29,667 nt of DNA from a virus (taxonomy: Duplodnaviria; Caudoviricetes): positions 1 to 29,667 of the IMG/VR virus record IMGVR_UViG_3300049141_000141. The stretch is one strand, 5' to 3'. Numbering within the stretch: position 1 is the first letter of the stretch; each line of letters opens with the position of its first letter. Shown here piece by piece: positions 1-9,216 of the stretch. The translations under genes were made by a program, and so were the position numbers. Under the pieces are notes generated by a model. The model worked only from the letters and a program-made list of their open reading frames with translations, did not search any database and had not been told where the DNA came from.

Positions 1-489
1 ATGGGAAAGCGGGGGCCTAAACCCAAGCTGGCGAGTCTTCAGCGGCTCGAAGGAAACCCTTCGAAGCGTCCAATCATCGATCTCGGGATCGAGGCTACGG
101 GGGAGGTTCTCGCTCCTGCCCACCTGCACGATGATGCGCAGAGTTGCATTGAGATGATACGGCGCTCGATGCCAGCGAAGACCTACGCCACTGTCGACAC
201 ATTTGCCCTTTCCGCCTTCGCCACGGCCTGGGCCTGGCACAAGAGGGCGGCCCACGAGATGAACGCCCCCGATTTCGACCCTGTTGTCGATGGATCAAAG
301 GGGCAGAAACAACCCAACCCATGGTTTCGCATACTGAAGGCCATGTCCGAGGAAATGCGGTCGTGGGGCGACCGCCTCGGGCTGGATCCAAAGGCAAGGG
401 CCGCTCTCAAGCTCCCAGACGAAAAGCCGAGAAGCAAGTTCGACGGCCTGATCGGGCAGCAAGGGTCATCGCGTTCATTGAATGCTTGA
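1..489 (+). CDS. terS: Terminase small subunit (P27-family-like)
   Basis: MGKRGPKPK...LEGNPSKRP N-terminus, NPW and LGLDPKARA motifs; lies directly before terL. Confidence 0.9.
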   Translation: MGKRGPKPKLASLQRLEGNPSKRPIIDLGIEATGEVLAPAHLHDDAQSCIEMIRRSMPAKTYATVDTFALSAFATAWAWHKRAAHEMNAPDFDPVVDGSKGQKQPNPWFRILKAMSEEMRSWGDRLGLDPKARAALKLPDEKPRSKFDGLIGQQGSSRSLNA

Positions 490-2003
490 TCGTCCCGAGC
501 GGCGAAGGGCAGGGTGGGCCGTTTATCCTCAGGGAATGGCAGAAGAGGTTCATTCGGGACATCTACGAGCCTCATGATCGGGCGACCGAGCGGCGTCTCG
601 TGCGGCGAGCCATCCTCTCAATCGCTCGAAAGAACGGGAAGACGGCGCTCATCGCTGCTCTTGTGCTGGCTCACCTGATCGGGCCGGAGGCAATTACGAA
701 CGGAGAAATCTATTCGGCGGCGAACGACCGCGAGCAGGCCGCTCAAGTTTTCAAGATGGCTCGGCAGATCGTGGAGGCTGATCCTGAGCTGAAGGCCTTG
801 GTGCGTGTCATCCCATCGACCAAGACGCTCGCCTGCTACTCGAATGGTTCATTTTATCGAGCCATCTCCGCCGAAGCGGGCACAAAGCACGGTTTCAACC
901 CATCGCTTGTGATCTTCGACGAGCTGGCCCAAGCCAAGGACCGGGAACTCTATGACGTGCTCGATACGTCATTCGGCGCATGAGCGGAACCGCTCTTCGT
1001 CACTATTTCGACCCAGAGCAACGATCCGGAACACATCTTGTCGAAGCTCATCGATGATGGGCTAAACGCAAAGGATCCCACGATCGTGTGCCACCTCTAT
1101 GAGGTGCCGGAAGAGCAGGAGGACATCTTCGACCCGAAGTGCTGGAAGTTGGCGAACCCGGCTCTCGGCGACTTTCGGTCTCTACCCGACCTGAAGGCCA
1201 TCGCTGACAAAGCCCAGCGCATGCCGGCAGAGGAGCCGAAATTCCGCAATCTCTACCTGAACCAGCGTGTGGCGCCGGTTTCCTCCCTGATCTCGCGGGC
1301 CGAATGGATGGCCTGCATCGGGGATGCCGAGTTCGAAGACGGAGAGGAAGTCTACCTGGCACTCGATATGTCGGGGGTTATCGACCTGACCTCACTCATG
1401 ATGGGTAGCGCAGGGGACCTGACCCGAATTCGACCATACTTTTGGAAGCCGGCTGATCTCCTGAAGGAACATAGCAACCGGGACTTCGGATCTGGTAATC
1501 TGCGTTATGTCGAGTGGCATGGAAGGGGTTGGCTCGATGTCTCGCCCGGTCGTTCAATCGACCCACAAGTGGTTGCGCTCAGGATTGCTGAACTGTGCCA
1601 GCGGTACAAAGTGCTTGGTCTCGCGTATGACCGCTGGCGCATCAACGATCTTCTTAGAGAGCTTGATCGGATCGGGCTCCAAGCCTTCCAGGAAGGCGAA
1701 AAAGGTGACGGCCTACGCCTCATACCGTGGGGGCAGGGCTATCGTGACATGGCGCCGGCCATCGACGCGCTTGAATTTGCGGTAATCGAACGGAAGCTCA
1801 AGCATCCCTCTAGTCCGGTGCTCAACTGGAACATGGCGAACGCAGTCGCCACGATGGATCCGGCCGGCAATCGCAAAATCGACAAGAACAAGGCTCGGTT
1901 CAGGATCGACGGTGCTGTGACGCTGGCGATGCTCTGTGGGATGAAGTCTCGCGACCGTAAGGACGAGCGAAAGCCTGAGTACCAAATGCTCGTTTTGGGC
2001 TGA
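321..2003 (+). pseudogene. terL: Terminase large subunit interrupted by in-frame TGA at 981-983 (start uncertain: ATG 321 or GTG 363)
   Basis: Walker A IARKNGKT, Walker B VIFDEL, nuclease motifs LALDMS, YDRW and RIDGAV. ORFs 321..983 and 1038..2003 are in one frame, and 984-1037 reads AEPLFVTISTQSNDPEHI. Confidence 0.9.
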
Positions 2004-2017
2004 GAAGGAACTACCAA

Positions 2018-3988
2018 ATGAACAGGATGTATTCGGTCCTGACCGTTAAAGCGGTCGAGGAGGACCAGCGTATTATCCGCGGCGTAGCAACGACACCCAA
2101 CCCGGATCGGGTTGGAGACATCGTGGAACCCTTGGGCGTCCAGTTCAAAAACCCCATGCCGCTCCTGCACCAACACGATCACGATAAGCCGGTCGGCACC
2201 GTCACCTTCGATAGACCCACTAAAGACGGCATCACCTTCGAAGCAAGACTGCCGATCATCGAACAGGCCGGCCCGCTCCGCGACCGCGTGGAAACCGCAT
2301 GGGGCGAGATCAAAGCCGGCCTCGTCCGCGCCGTATCGATTGGCTTCCGCGCTCTGGAATACTCGTTCCTCGATGAAGGCGGCATCCGTTTCAATAAGAG
2401 CGAGGTTCTCGAGCTCTCTCTCGTCTCCGTGCCGGCGAATGCCGATGCGGTGATCTCCACCATCAAGTCGATTGACGCCCCTCTGCTCGCCGCGACCGGC
2501 AAAGAGCCCAAGGCAGATGATCGGCCTGTCCGCCCGGGCGCTGCCGGGAAAACCGTCAAATCCGTCAACTTGCGCCCGAAGGAGGGCACTGAAATGAAGA
2601 CCATCGCAGAACAAATCGCGGCACTGGAGGCCTCGCGTCAGGCCAAGTCCGCCCGCATGGCTGAAGTCATGCAGAAGTCCATCGATGAAGGCCGGTCGAC
2701 CGATCAGAGCGAGCAGGAAGAGTTCGACACGCTGGAAGGCGAAGTCGGCGCCATCGACGGCGACCTGAAGCGCCTCCGTGCTCTGGAGAAGGCACAGGCA
2801 GGCTCTGCTAAGCCAGTGGCTGGCCAGAAGTGGGAAGAGGGCACTGCTGCTCGCTCCGGCATTCAGGTCAAGACGGCCGAGAAGCTCGATAAGGGCATTG
2901 GCTTCGCTCGTCTGGCCAAGGTCAAGGCGATTGCGAAGCTCGACGGTGAGAGCGTCCGCACCGTGGCGAAGCAGCTGTATGGCGAGAACTCGTCCATCTA
3001 TGGCCTCGTGGTCAAGGCCGCGGTTCCTGCGGGCACCGCTCAGGACGGCAACTGGGCGGCCAATCTCGTCGGTGAGGGCACCGATGTGATCGCTGACTTC
3101 GTTGAGTTCCTGCGCCCGCGCACCATCCTCGGGCGCTTCGGCCAGAATGGCGTCCCGGGCCTTCGCAACGTGCCCTTCAATGTGCCGCTCGTCGGCCAGA
3201 CCGAAGGCGGCCAGGGCTACTGGGTGGGTGAAGGTAAGGCAAAGCCGCTGACCCGCTTCGCCTACGACCGCAACATCCTTGATATCTTCAAGGTTGCAAA
3301 CATCGCGGTCGTCACGGAGGAGCTCCTGCGCCGGTCGAACCCTGCCGCTGAGCAGTTGCTCCGCGACAACCTGGCCGCGGCTATCGCTGCACGCCTCGAC
3401 ACGGACTTCATCAACCCGGCCAAGGCTGCCGTTGCAGGCGTCTCGCCCGCCTCGATCACCAACGGCCTGACACCGGTCGCTTCCTCTGGCGGGGATGCCG
3501 ACGCGATCCGCGCCGATATTCGTGCGCTGATGGCAACCTTCATCGCGGCCAACAATGCCCCGACCACGGGCGTCTGGATCATGGGCTCCACGACGGCTCT
3601 CGCAGTGTCGATGATGACCAATCCGCTTGGCCAGCCTGAATTCCCGGGCCTCTCGATGGTCGGTGGCACCTTCAACGGCATGCCGGTCATCGTGTCGGAT
3701 TATATCCCTGCAGGCACTGTCGTGCTGGCCAATGCGGGCGATATCTATCTGGCCGACGAAGGCGGCGTGCAGGTGGATATGTCCCGCGAGGCCTCGCTCG
3801 AGATGGCGGATAACCCGGCGCATAACTCCGACACGCCAACCGGCGCAACGTCGCTTGTGTCAATGTTCCAGACGAACTCGGTCGCGTTCCGCGTTGAGCG
3901 GTTCATCAACTGGGCACGCCGTCGTCCGTCCGCTGTCGCGATCCTGACGGGCGCGACTTGGGGTATCGCGGCTCCTGAGACCCCCTAA
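2018..3988 (+). CDS. Fused HK97-type prohead protease + major capsid protein
   Basis: N-terminal protease motifs (DRVGDIV, LLHQHDH, VSIGF, LELSLVSVPAN), then a coiled-coil delta domain and HK97-fold capsid motifs (WVGEGKAKP, MFQTNSVAFRVER). Internal AAGGAGG-N8-ATG at 2594. Confidence 0.92.
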   Translation: MNRMYSVLTVKAVEEDQRIIRGVATTPNPDRVGDIVEPLGVQFKNPMPLLHQHDHDKPVGTVTFDRPTKDGITFEARLPIIEQAGPLRDRVETAWGEIKAGLVRAVSIGFRALEYSFLDEGGIRFNKSEVLELSLVSVPANADAVISTIKSIDAPLLAATGKEPKADDRPVRPGAAGKTVKSVNLRPKEGTEMKTIAEQIAALEASRQAKSARMAEVMQKSIDEGRSTDQSEQEEFDTLEGEVGAIDGDLKRLRALEKAQAGSAKPVAGQKWEEGTAARSGIQVKTAEKLDKGIGFARLAKVKAIAKLDGESVRTVAKQLYGENSSIYGLVVKAAVPAGTAQDGNWAANLVGEGTDVIADFVEFLRPRTILGRFGQNGVPGLRNVPFNVPLVGQTEGGQGYWVGEGKAKPLTRFAYDRNILDIFKVANIAVVTEELLRRSNPAAEQLLRDNLAAAIAARLDTDFINPAKAAVAGVSPASITNGLTPVASSGGDADAIRADIRALMATFIAANNAPTTGVWIMGSTTALAVSMMTNPLGQPEFPGLSMVGGTFNGMPVIVSDYIPAGTVVLANAGDIYLADEGGVQVDMSREASLEMADNPAHNSDTPTGATSLVSMFQTNSVAFRVERFINWARRRPSAVAILTGATWGIAAPETP

Positions 3989-4008
3989 TCGGTAGCCTGA
4001 ACATCATG

Positions 4009-4034
4009 GCCGGTCGCGTTCCCATGCGACCGGC
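4009..4034 (+). terminator. GC-rich hairpin after capsid gene (weak terminator or mRNA stabiliser)
   Basis: GCCGGTCGC(GT)-TCCC-(AT)GCGACCGGC, followed by only a short TTCCT tail. Confidence 0.5.
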
Positions 4035-4053
4035 TTCCTCATAGGAGGCCGTC

Positions 4054-4287
4054 ATGAAATCTCTGAGCTACATGGACCGCGCCCTTCGCGCTCAAGATCC
4101 TCGCTATGCCCGCATCCTCGGCAAGCTGGGTTATGGCCGCCGCGACATGCAGGCTAGCCAGACCCTAGACCCGGAAGAGGAACTGAAGGCCCTCCGCGAA
4201 GAGTATCAGGTCGCTGTCGGGAAGAGAGCGTACCACGGCTGGGATGCCGAGACCCTTAAAGCCAAAATCACTGCCGCGAAGGGCTAA
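4054..4287 (+). CDS. Small phage head-region protein (HeH/LEM-like C-terminus)
   Basis: AGGAGG RBS; C-terminus ELKALREEY...GKRAYHGWDAETLKAKI; position between capsid and portal. Confidence 0.75.
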   Translation: MKSLSYMDRALRAQDPRYARILGKLGYGRRDMQASQTLDPEEELKALREEYQVAVGKRAYHGWDAETLKAKITAAKG

Positions 4288-4290
4288 TCC

Positions 4291-5652
4291 ATGCGCCTTT
4301 TTGGCCTCAACATCACCCGCGCCCAGGCGATGGAAGAGAAGGCGCTTGCGCCCGCCGCCCAAGGGCGCGGCGGGTGGCGCATCTTTGAGCCGTATTCCGG
4401 GGCCTGGCAGCAGAATGTCGAAGTCCGCTATGACTCCGTTCTGTCCAATCATGCTGATTTTGCCTGCAGGACGCTGATCGCCTCGGATATCTCCAAACTG
4501 CGCATCAAGCTCGTCCAGAAGGACAGCGACGGCATCTGGTCGGAGGTGACGAACCCCGCCTATTCTCCGGTGCTGCGCAAGCCGAACCATTTTCAGAACC
4601 GGATCCAATTCATGGAGAGTTGGATCCTGTCGAAGCTGCAGCGAGGGAATACGGTTGCCTTGAAGCAGCGCGACGGCCGCGGCGTCGTCAAGGCGCTGTA
4701 TGTACTGGATTGGACCCTAGTCACGCCGCTAGTGGCGGACGACGGCAGCGTGTTCTACGACCTCAAGACGGATCACCTGGCGGGGCTGCCTGCCAGCGTC
4801 ACGGTGCCGGCGCGTGAGGTGATCCACGATCGGTTTAACTGCTTCTTCCACCCGCTTGTCGGACTCTCGCCCATTTTCGCGGGCGGGCTCGCTGCCACGC
4901 AGGGCCTTGCCATCCAGAACGACAGCACGCTCTTTTTCCAGAACGGAGCGCAGCCGGGGGGCATCCTGACGGCACCAGGCGCGATCAGCGACGAGACGGC
5001 CAAGCGCCTTAAAGAGCACTGGGACGCCAACTATTCCGGCAAGAACTCCGGCAAGGTGGCGGTTCTGGGCGATGGCCTTAAATACGAGGCTATGAGGGCG
5101 AAGGCTGTCGACTCGCAACTCATCGAGCAGTTGAAGTGGTCCGCCGAGGTCGTCTGCTCAACCTACCATGTCCCGCCGTACAAGATCGGCGTGGGCACGA
5201 TGCCGACCTACAACAACATCGAGGCGCTCAACATAGAGTATTACTCGCAGTGCCTTCAGGTGCTGATCGAAGCCGCTGAGCTCTGCCTCGATGAAGGCCT
5301 CGGCATGGGCGAGAACATCGGCACGGAGTTCGATGTCGATAACCTCCTGCGGATGGACACGACGGCTCTCGTCACCGCCGAGAAGGAAGCGGTCAGCGCC
5401 GGCATCAAGGCTCCGAACGAGGCTCGTAAGCGACTTAATCTCGGTCCGAAAGCGGGCGGCAACAGCCCCTATCTCCAACAGCAGAACTATAGCCTCGAGG
5501 CTCTTGCGAAGCGCGATGCGCAGGCGGATCCCTTTGGGGCAACAAGCCAGCGCGAAGTCTCCGAGGAATACGATGCCGCACGCCAGCAGGCGGAGGAACG
5601 GGCCTTCTTCGCAGAGGCCGCATGGTCAGTTCAGAAGGGTCTCGCGGCATGA
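4291..5652 (+). CDS. Portal protein, HK97 family
   Basis: IASDISKL, PNHFQN, GLSPI, FFQNGAQPGGIL, YHVPPYKIG, NEARKRLNL motifs. Confidence 0.93.
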   Translation: MRLFGLNITRAQAMEEKALAPAAQGRGGWRIFEPYSGAWQQNVEVRYDSVLSNHADFACRTLIASDISKLRIKLVQKDSDGIWSEVTNPAYSPVLRKPNHFQNRIQFMESWILSKLQRGNTVALKQRDGRGVVKALYVLDWTLVTPLVADDGSVFYDLKTDHLAGLPASVTVPAREVIHDRFNCFFHPLVGLSPIFAGGLAATQGLAIQNDSTLFFQNGAQPGGILTAPGAISDETAKRLKEHWDANYSGKNSGKVAVLGDGLKYEAMRAKAVDSQLIEQLKWSAEVVCSTYHVPPYKIGVGTMPTYNNIEALNIEYYSQCLQVLIEAAELCLDEGLGMGENIGTEFDVDNLLRMDTTALVTAEKEAVSAGIKAPNEARKRLNLGPKAGGNSPYLQQQNYSLEALAKRDAQADPFGATSQREVSEEYDAARQQAEERAFFAEAAWSVQKGLAA

Positions 5653-6629
5653 TTGACGCAAAGGCATTCGGCCAAGAGCTCGCCCAAATCGTGAAGGGCC
5701 AACTGGCGCCGCTCCTGTCTCGAATGGATGCGCTGGAGAAGCGTCTCGATAATCTGCCTGTGCCTCAGGATGGCAAAGACGCTGACCCTGAGCAGATTGT
5801 GTCCAGAGTAACGGTCAAACTGAATGCTGATCTCTCTTCAATTCGGGAGGCTCTGAGCGAGCTTGATCAAAAGCATTCCCATAACATTAAGATGATGGTC
5901 GATGAGGCTGTGGCGGCTATTCCAGTGCCTAAGGACGGCAAGAGCGTCAGTATTGAGGATGTGGCCCCCCTAATCGCCTCCGAGGTCGAGAAGTGTGTCA
6001 GCGAGCTACCCAAGCCGAAGGATGGAGAGCCTGGTAGGGATGGCACGAGCGTAGACCCTGCGGAAGTGCAGCGGATGGTCTCTGAAGCAGTCGATAAGGC
6101 TGTCGCAGCAATTCCAGCGCCGAAGGACGGTGCCGACGGCAGGGACGGCAAAGATGGTGTCGGCCTCGCAGGTGCGATCATTGACCGAACCGGCGAACTG
6201 GTCGTGACCCTTAGCAATGGCGAGACGAAGAGCCTCGGCCCCGTCGTCGGCAAGGACGGGGCACTTGGTGAGAAGGGTCTTGACGGCAAGGACGGCCGTG
6301 ACGGCTTTGGCTTCGAGGATCTCGACCTTGCTGAAACCGACGAGGGCATAGCCCTGCGCTTCATGCGTAGAGATCACGTCAAGGAATTCCGCCTTCCCGT
6401 GGTGCTTGACCGGGGCGTCTACAAGGAAGGTCAGACCTACCGACCCGGAGATGGTGTCACCTGGGGCGGATCGTTCTGGATCTGCCAGCAGGAAACGACC
6501 GACAAGCCCGATAGCGGGAAGGGATTCCGTCTCGCCGTGAAAAAGGGCAGGGACGGTCGCGACGGCGTGATGAAGGAAGCAAAGGCGAATGAGCCGGTGC
6601 GCGTCGGCATGCCGGGAAAGGTGGTCTGA
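5649..6629 (+). CDS. Portal-adjacent collagen-like repeat protein with possible CBM5/12-like C-terminus
   Basis: ATGA overlap with the portal stop; repeated AVAAIPxPKDG units and G-x-D triplets; aromatic C-terminus YRPGDGVTWGGSFWIC. Confidence 0.8.
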   Translation: MIDAKAFGQELAQIVKGQLAPLLSRMDALEKRLDNLPVPQDGKDADPEQIVSRVTVKLNADLSSIREALSELDQKHSHNIKMMVDEAVAAIPVPKDGKSVSIEDVAPLIASEVEKCVSELPKPKDGEPGRDGTSVDPAEVQRMVSEAVDKAVAAIPAPKDGADGRDGKDGVGLAGAIIDRTGELVVTLSNGETKSLGPVVGKDGALGEKGLDGKDGRDGFGFEDLDLAETDEGIALRFMRRDHVKEFRLPVVLDRGVYKEGQTYRPGDGVTWGGSFWICQQETTDKPDSGKGFRLAVKKGRDGRDGVMKEAKANEPVRVGMPGKVV

Positions 6630-6630
6630 C

Positions 6631-6927
6631 ATGGCCCTCATCAGCAAGGATCAGGCAAAGAACCATCTACTCATCGACTATGATGACCGAGATGCAGATC
6701 TAGAGATGAAGATGCAGCAGGCCGAAGAGATTGTGATCGACTATATTAAGAGGCCTGATCACGGATGGACGGAACAGACCGTGCCGAAGACAGTTCAGGC
6801 CGCCGTCCTTCTCGTGCTCACGGCGCTGTTCGATGATCGAGATGGAACAGGTGAGGGCGACTACCTCAGGGCTAGCGGCCCGGTTGCTCGCCTTCTCAGC
6901 CGACACCGGGATCCAGCGATCGCATGA
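6631..6927 (+). CDS. Head-tail connector (HK97 gp6 / SPP1 gp15-like)
   Basis: AKNHLLID...AEEIVIDY...VQAAVLLVLTALFDDR motif; about 98 aa. Confidence 0.88.
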   Translation: MALISKDQAKNHLLIDYDDRDADLEMKMQQAEEIVIDYIKRPDHGWTEQTVPKTVQAAVLLVLTALFDDRDGTGEGDYLRASGPVARLLSRHRDPAIA

Positions 6928-6947
6928 TGCGGAGATCGGGGGCATAG
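6924..6947 (+). pseudogene. Abandoned 5' stub (MMRRSGA*) possibly from a former head-closure gene
   Basis: ATG coupled to the connector stop (ATGATG), followed by TAGTAG. It occupies the slot where the head-closure gene normally starts. Confidence 0.4.
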
Positions 6948-7035
6948 TAGTGCCCGCCACTCGGTGCTCTATCTGCGCAGTGAGGCAAGTACTTCGAAGT
7001 GCAGGAGGTTAACGGTCCTGTGAACGAGGAGCTAC

Positions 7036-7064
7036 TTGACTACTCGCTGAGTAGCGCCAAGCTT
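7036..7064 (+). promoter_or_regulatory. Candidate sigma70 promoter for moron 7097, with inverted repeat in the spacer
   Basis: TTGACT at 7036, CAAGCT/AAGCTT 16-17 nt later; CTACTC-GCT-GAGTAG at 7040-7054. Confidence 0.35.
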
Positions 7065-7096
7065 GCGGTGGCTAAGTCGAACATGGACCTAACCCA

Positions 7097-7387
7097 ATGC
7101 TAAAGCTAGCTGTGACGCTTCCCCTGCTACTGGTGGGCACGGAGGCGTGGTCCCAGAGCAGACCCATAACTACAACTATGAGCTGCGCTCGTGCAGCAGG
7201 AATTGTCGCTGCTCAGGGCGCTGTTGTATTGGGCACGGGAACCTACACCTACGACAGATATGTAAGCGGCACGAACTTCTGTGCGCTGGGGGAAACTATA
7301 GAGCCAGCATGGGTGCCAACTGCTGATACGCCACAGTGCTTCGTTGGATATCAGTGCAGGCTCAGGACACAGCCTCAGAATAGGTAA
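7097..7387 (+). CDS. Moron: small secreted 4-Cys protein
   Basis: Signal-peptide-like N-terminus ending AWS; four Cys (SCARA...FC...QCFVGYQC); relaxed codon bias versus flanking genes. Confidence 0.75.
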   Translation: MLKLAVTLPLLLVGTEAWSQSRPITTTMSCARAAGIVAAQGAVVLGTGTYTYDRYVSGTNFCALGETIEPAWVPTADTPQCFVGYQCRLRTQPQNR

Positions 7388-7419
7388 CGCGATAAAAGCG
7401 CCGTTTCTGACAATTTGGA

Positions 7420-7636
7420 CGCCCCGGCTGAGGATGAATCGGAAGCCTCAACCAGGGCGCAAGCGGAGGGTAGAGCCCCGCATCTGTCCAGGCTGATACG
7501 CAACGCGCCCGGTGAGATCATTCTGACCGGACAAGGTAAACATTCGGTGTGTTGATCTGGGGCGCCCCAGCTGAAATGGGTCTCACACGATCCAGTCGGG
7601 GCGCTATGTGGCGGACGGGGCACCTACTGCGCCACA
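7420..7636 (-). ncRNA. Candidate structured RNA (five tandem hairpins)
   Basis: Stems at 7420-7459, 7463-7481, 7509-7530, 7562-7604 and 7607-7636. Most mismatches are A.C on + and become G.U on -. Confidence 0.35.
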
Positions 7637-8215
7637 GATGAGAAGGTAGCCTGCTTTGCTCTTCACTCAACGTTCCAGAAAGCAATGGTCGCGGCCCGTA
7701 TGGGTTCTCGGCACGGGGAGTAGTCCGGAAATGAAAACGCCCCGGCGGAAGGCTTTCGCAATCCTCGGCCAGGGCGTCGGCGCTTTCGGGGGGCTTCAAG
7801 CGCACGAACGGATAACACCCGGCAACCGTGGCCATATTATGGTTGTCCGAATGGCCGCTGGCATTTTGATCAGCGGCACTATGCATCTGGGTCTCTTGTG
7901 ACTGACATCCTGATCATCGCGTGAACATCAGGGTTTCTGACAGGAGCAACGACGGGAGCCTTCCCGAGCGTGATCAAGGCAATGACAGTGAAGAGAATAT
8001 GAAGCTTTGAAGGGGACACGAAAGCACCTGGCTACGCAAAAACAGGCGCGGGTTTTGGGCCCCAGATCCTGAATCAAACCTTTCTGCTGAAAAGAAAATT
8101 TCGGCGCCTTTTCACGGAACTTATTGCGTGCAAGTTCACCCCGAAGGGCGCCTGTCTATAGTCCCCATCCTTATCCACAAACCGCCCGCCAGAGCCACTT
8201 CAACAGGGTTAATCA

Positions 8216-8566
8216 ATGCTTTCAGCTGGCCAGCTTAGAGACCGGATCACCTTCCAAGCCAGAGGCATCGTGGATGACAGCTATGGCAACGAGGTTTCCG
8301 GCCCTTGGGCTGATCAGTTCACGGTAGCCGCGCGCGTGACGACTTCGCCCGGCCGAGAGGCCGTCACCGCTCAGCGCTTGCAAGGCGTCAATCCTGTCGA
8401 TGTCTGGGTGCGCTGGTCGTCTCAGACGGCTAACATTAAGACCGAATGGCGGGCTTTCGACGCGCGAGACCCCTCCCGGGTCTTCGCCATACTCAGTGTC
8501 ACAGACCCAGAAAAGTATCGGAGGCGGTTCCGCCTCCTGTCCTGCACCCTTGGAGGGGTAAGCTAA
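8216..8566 (+). CDS. Head-closure / head-tail adaptor (SPP1 gp16-like)
   Basis: AGQLRDRITFQ...DDSYGN...W...QRLQG motifs; synteny. Confidence 0.88.
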   Translation: MLSAGQLRDRITFQARGIVDDSYGNEVSGPWADQFTVAARVTTSPGREAVTAQRLQGVNPVDVWVRWSSQTANIKTEWRAFDARDPSRVFAILSVTDPEKYRRRFRLLSCTLGGVS

Positions 8567-8573
8567 GGCTAAC

Positions 8574-8855
8574 TTAGGATGCCTTCTTACGAGCCAGCAG
8601 AGCGAGGGCAACACCACCCGCGAACAAGCCGCCTAATGCCCACTTGAAGGGCAGAATATCGGCCGTCTCGCTGCGGATCGGCAGAACGGCGATAGATCCT
8701 GGTCGTGTCTCGTAACCGCGTTTGCCTTGCGCCTTCGCCTCAGCGATCTGCTGAGGGGAGACTTGCCACTCAGCTCCTCGGGAATTGTCGATGTACATCC
8801 AGCCGAAGCCAAAAACGGCAGCGATGACGAGAGATGCGAGGATGCGGAGGATCAT
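8574..8855 (-). CDS. Antisense moron: small two-TM membrane protein
   Basis: Hydrophobic N- and C-terminal helices; fills the gap between head-closure and the next gene; GAAGG upstream of ATG. Confidence 0.7.
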   Translation of the reverse strand: MILRILASLVIAAVFGFGWMYIDNSRGAEWQVSPQQIAEAKAQGKRGYETRPGSIAVLPIRSETADILPFKWALGGLFAGGVALALLARKKAS

Positions 8856-8985
8856 TCTGGGCCTTCTCAGTTCTTCGAGGGCGGGGAGTTAGCGCTGTAA
8901 GTCACGGCGGCAAGATGAATTCCTGCCTTACGACAAATCATCCCTCAATGGTGCTCATTTGAGCGCTCTTCCCTGGAGAAAGTGA

Positions 8986-9216
8986 ATGCGCCACGTTCAA
9001 TACACCAAGCGCTTTGACTATCGCCCCCGCGCCTCGGTCGTCATGGCCCGCGCAGCCGGCGACGAGGTGAAGATCACTGAGGCCGAATACGAGGCCGCCA
9101 ACGCAGCCGGGGCCGTGGAGATCATCGATGGCGAAAGTGCAGAACAGGGAACGGCTTCTGCGGAAGCTGGCAGCGATGCCAAAAAGGGCGCGAGAGGTAA
9201 TCGGGCCCGCGATTGA
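8986..9216 (+). CDS. Small hypothetical neck-region protein
   Basis: GGAGA RBS; phage-like codon usage; FDYRP motif; position before the gp10-like gene. Confidence 0.65.
   Translation: MRHVQYTKRFDYRPRASVVMARAAGDEVKITEAEYEAANAAGAVEIIDGESAEQGTASAEAGSDAKKGARGNRARD

Noticed and set aside
1739-3823. 694-aa antisense ORF
   Set aside because: Shadow of the high-GC3 terL and capsid genes; no motifs.
7079-7093. Alphaproteobacterial LexA-like GAAC-N7-TAAC
   Set aside because: One mismatch in an 8-base motif; too weak on its own.
8171-8179. Perfect DnaA box TTATCCACA
   Set aside because: Single 9-mer with no cluster or AT-rich unwinding element; plausible by chance.
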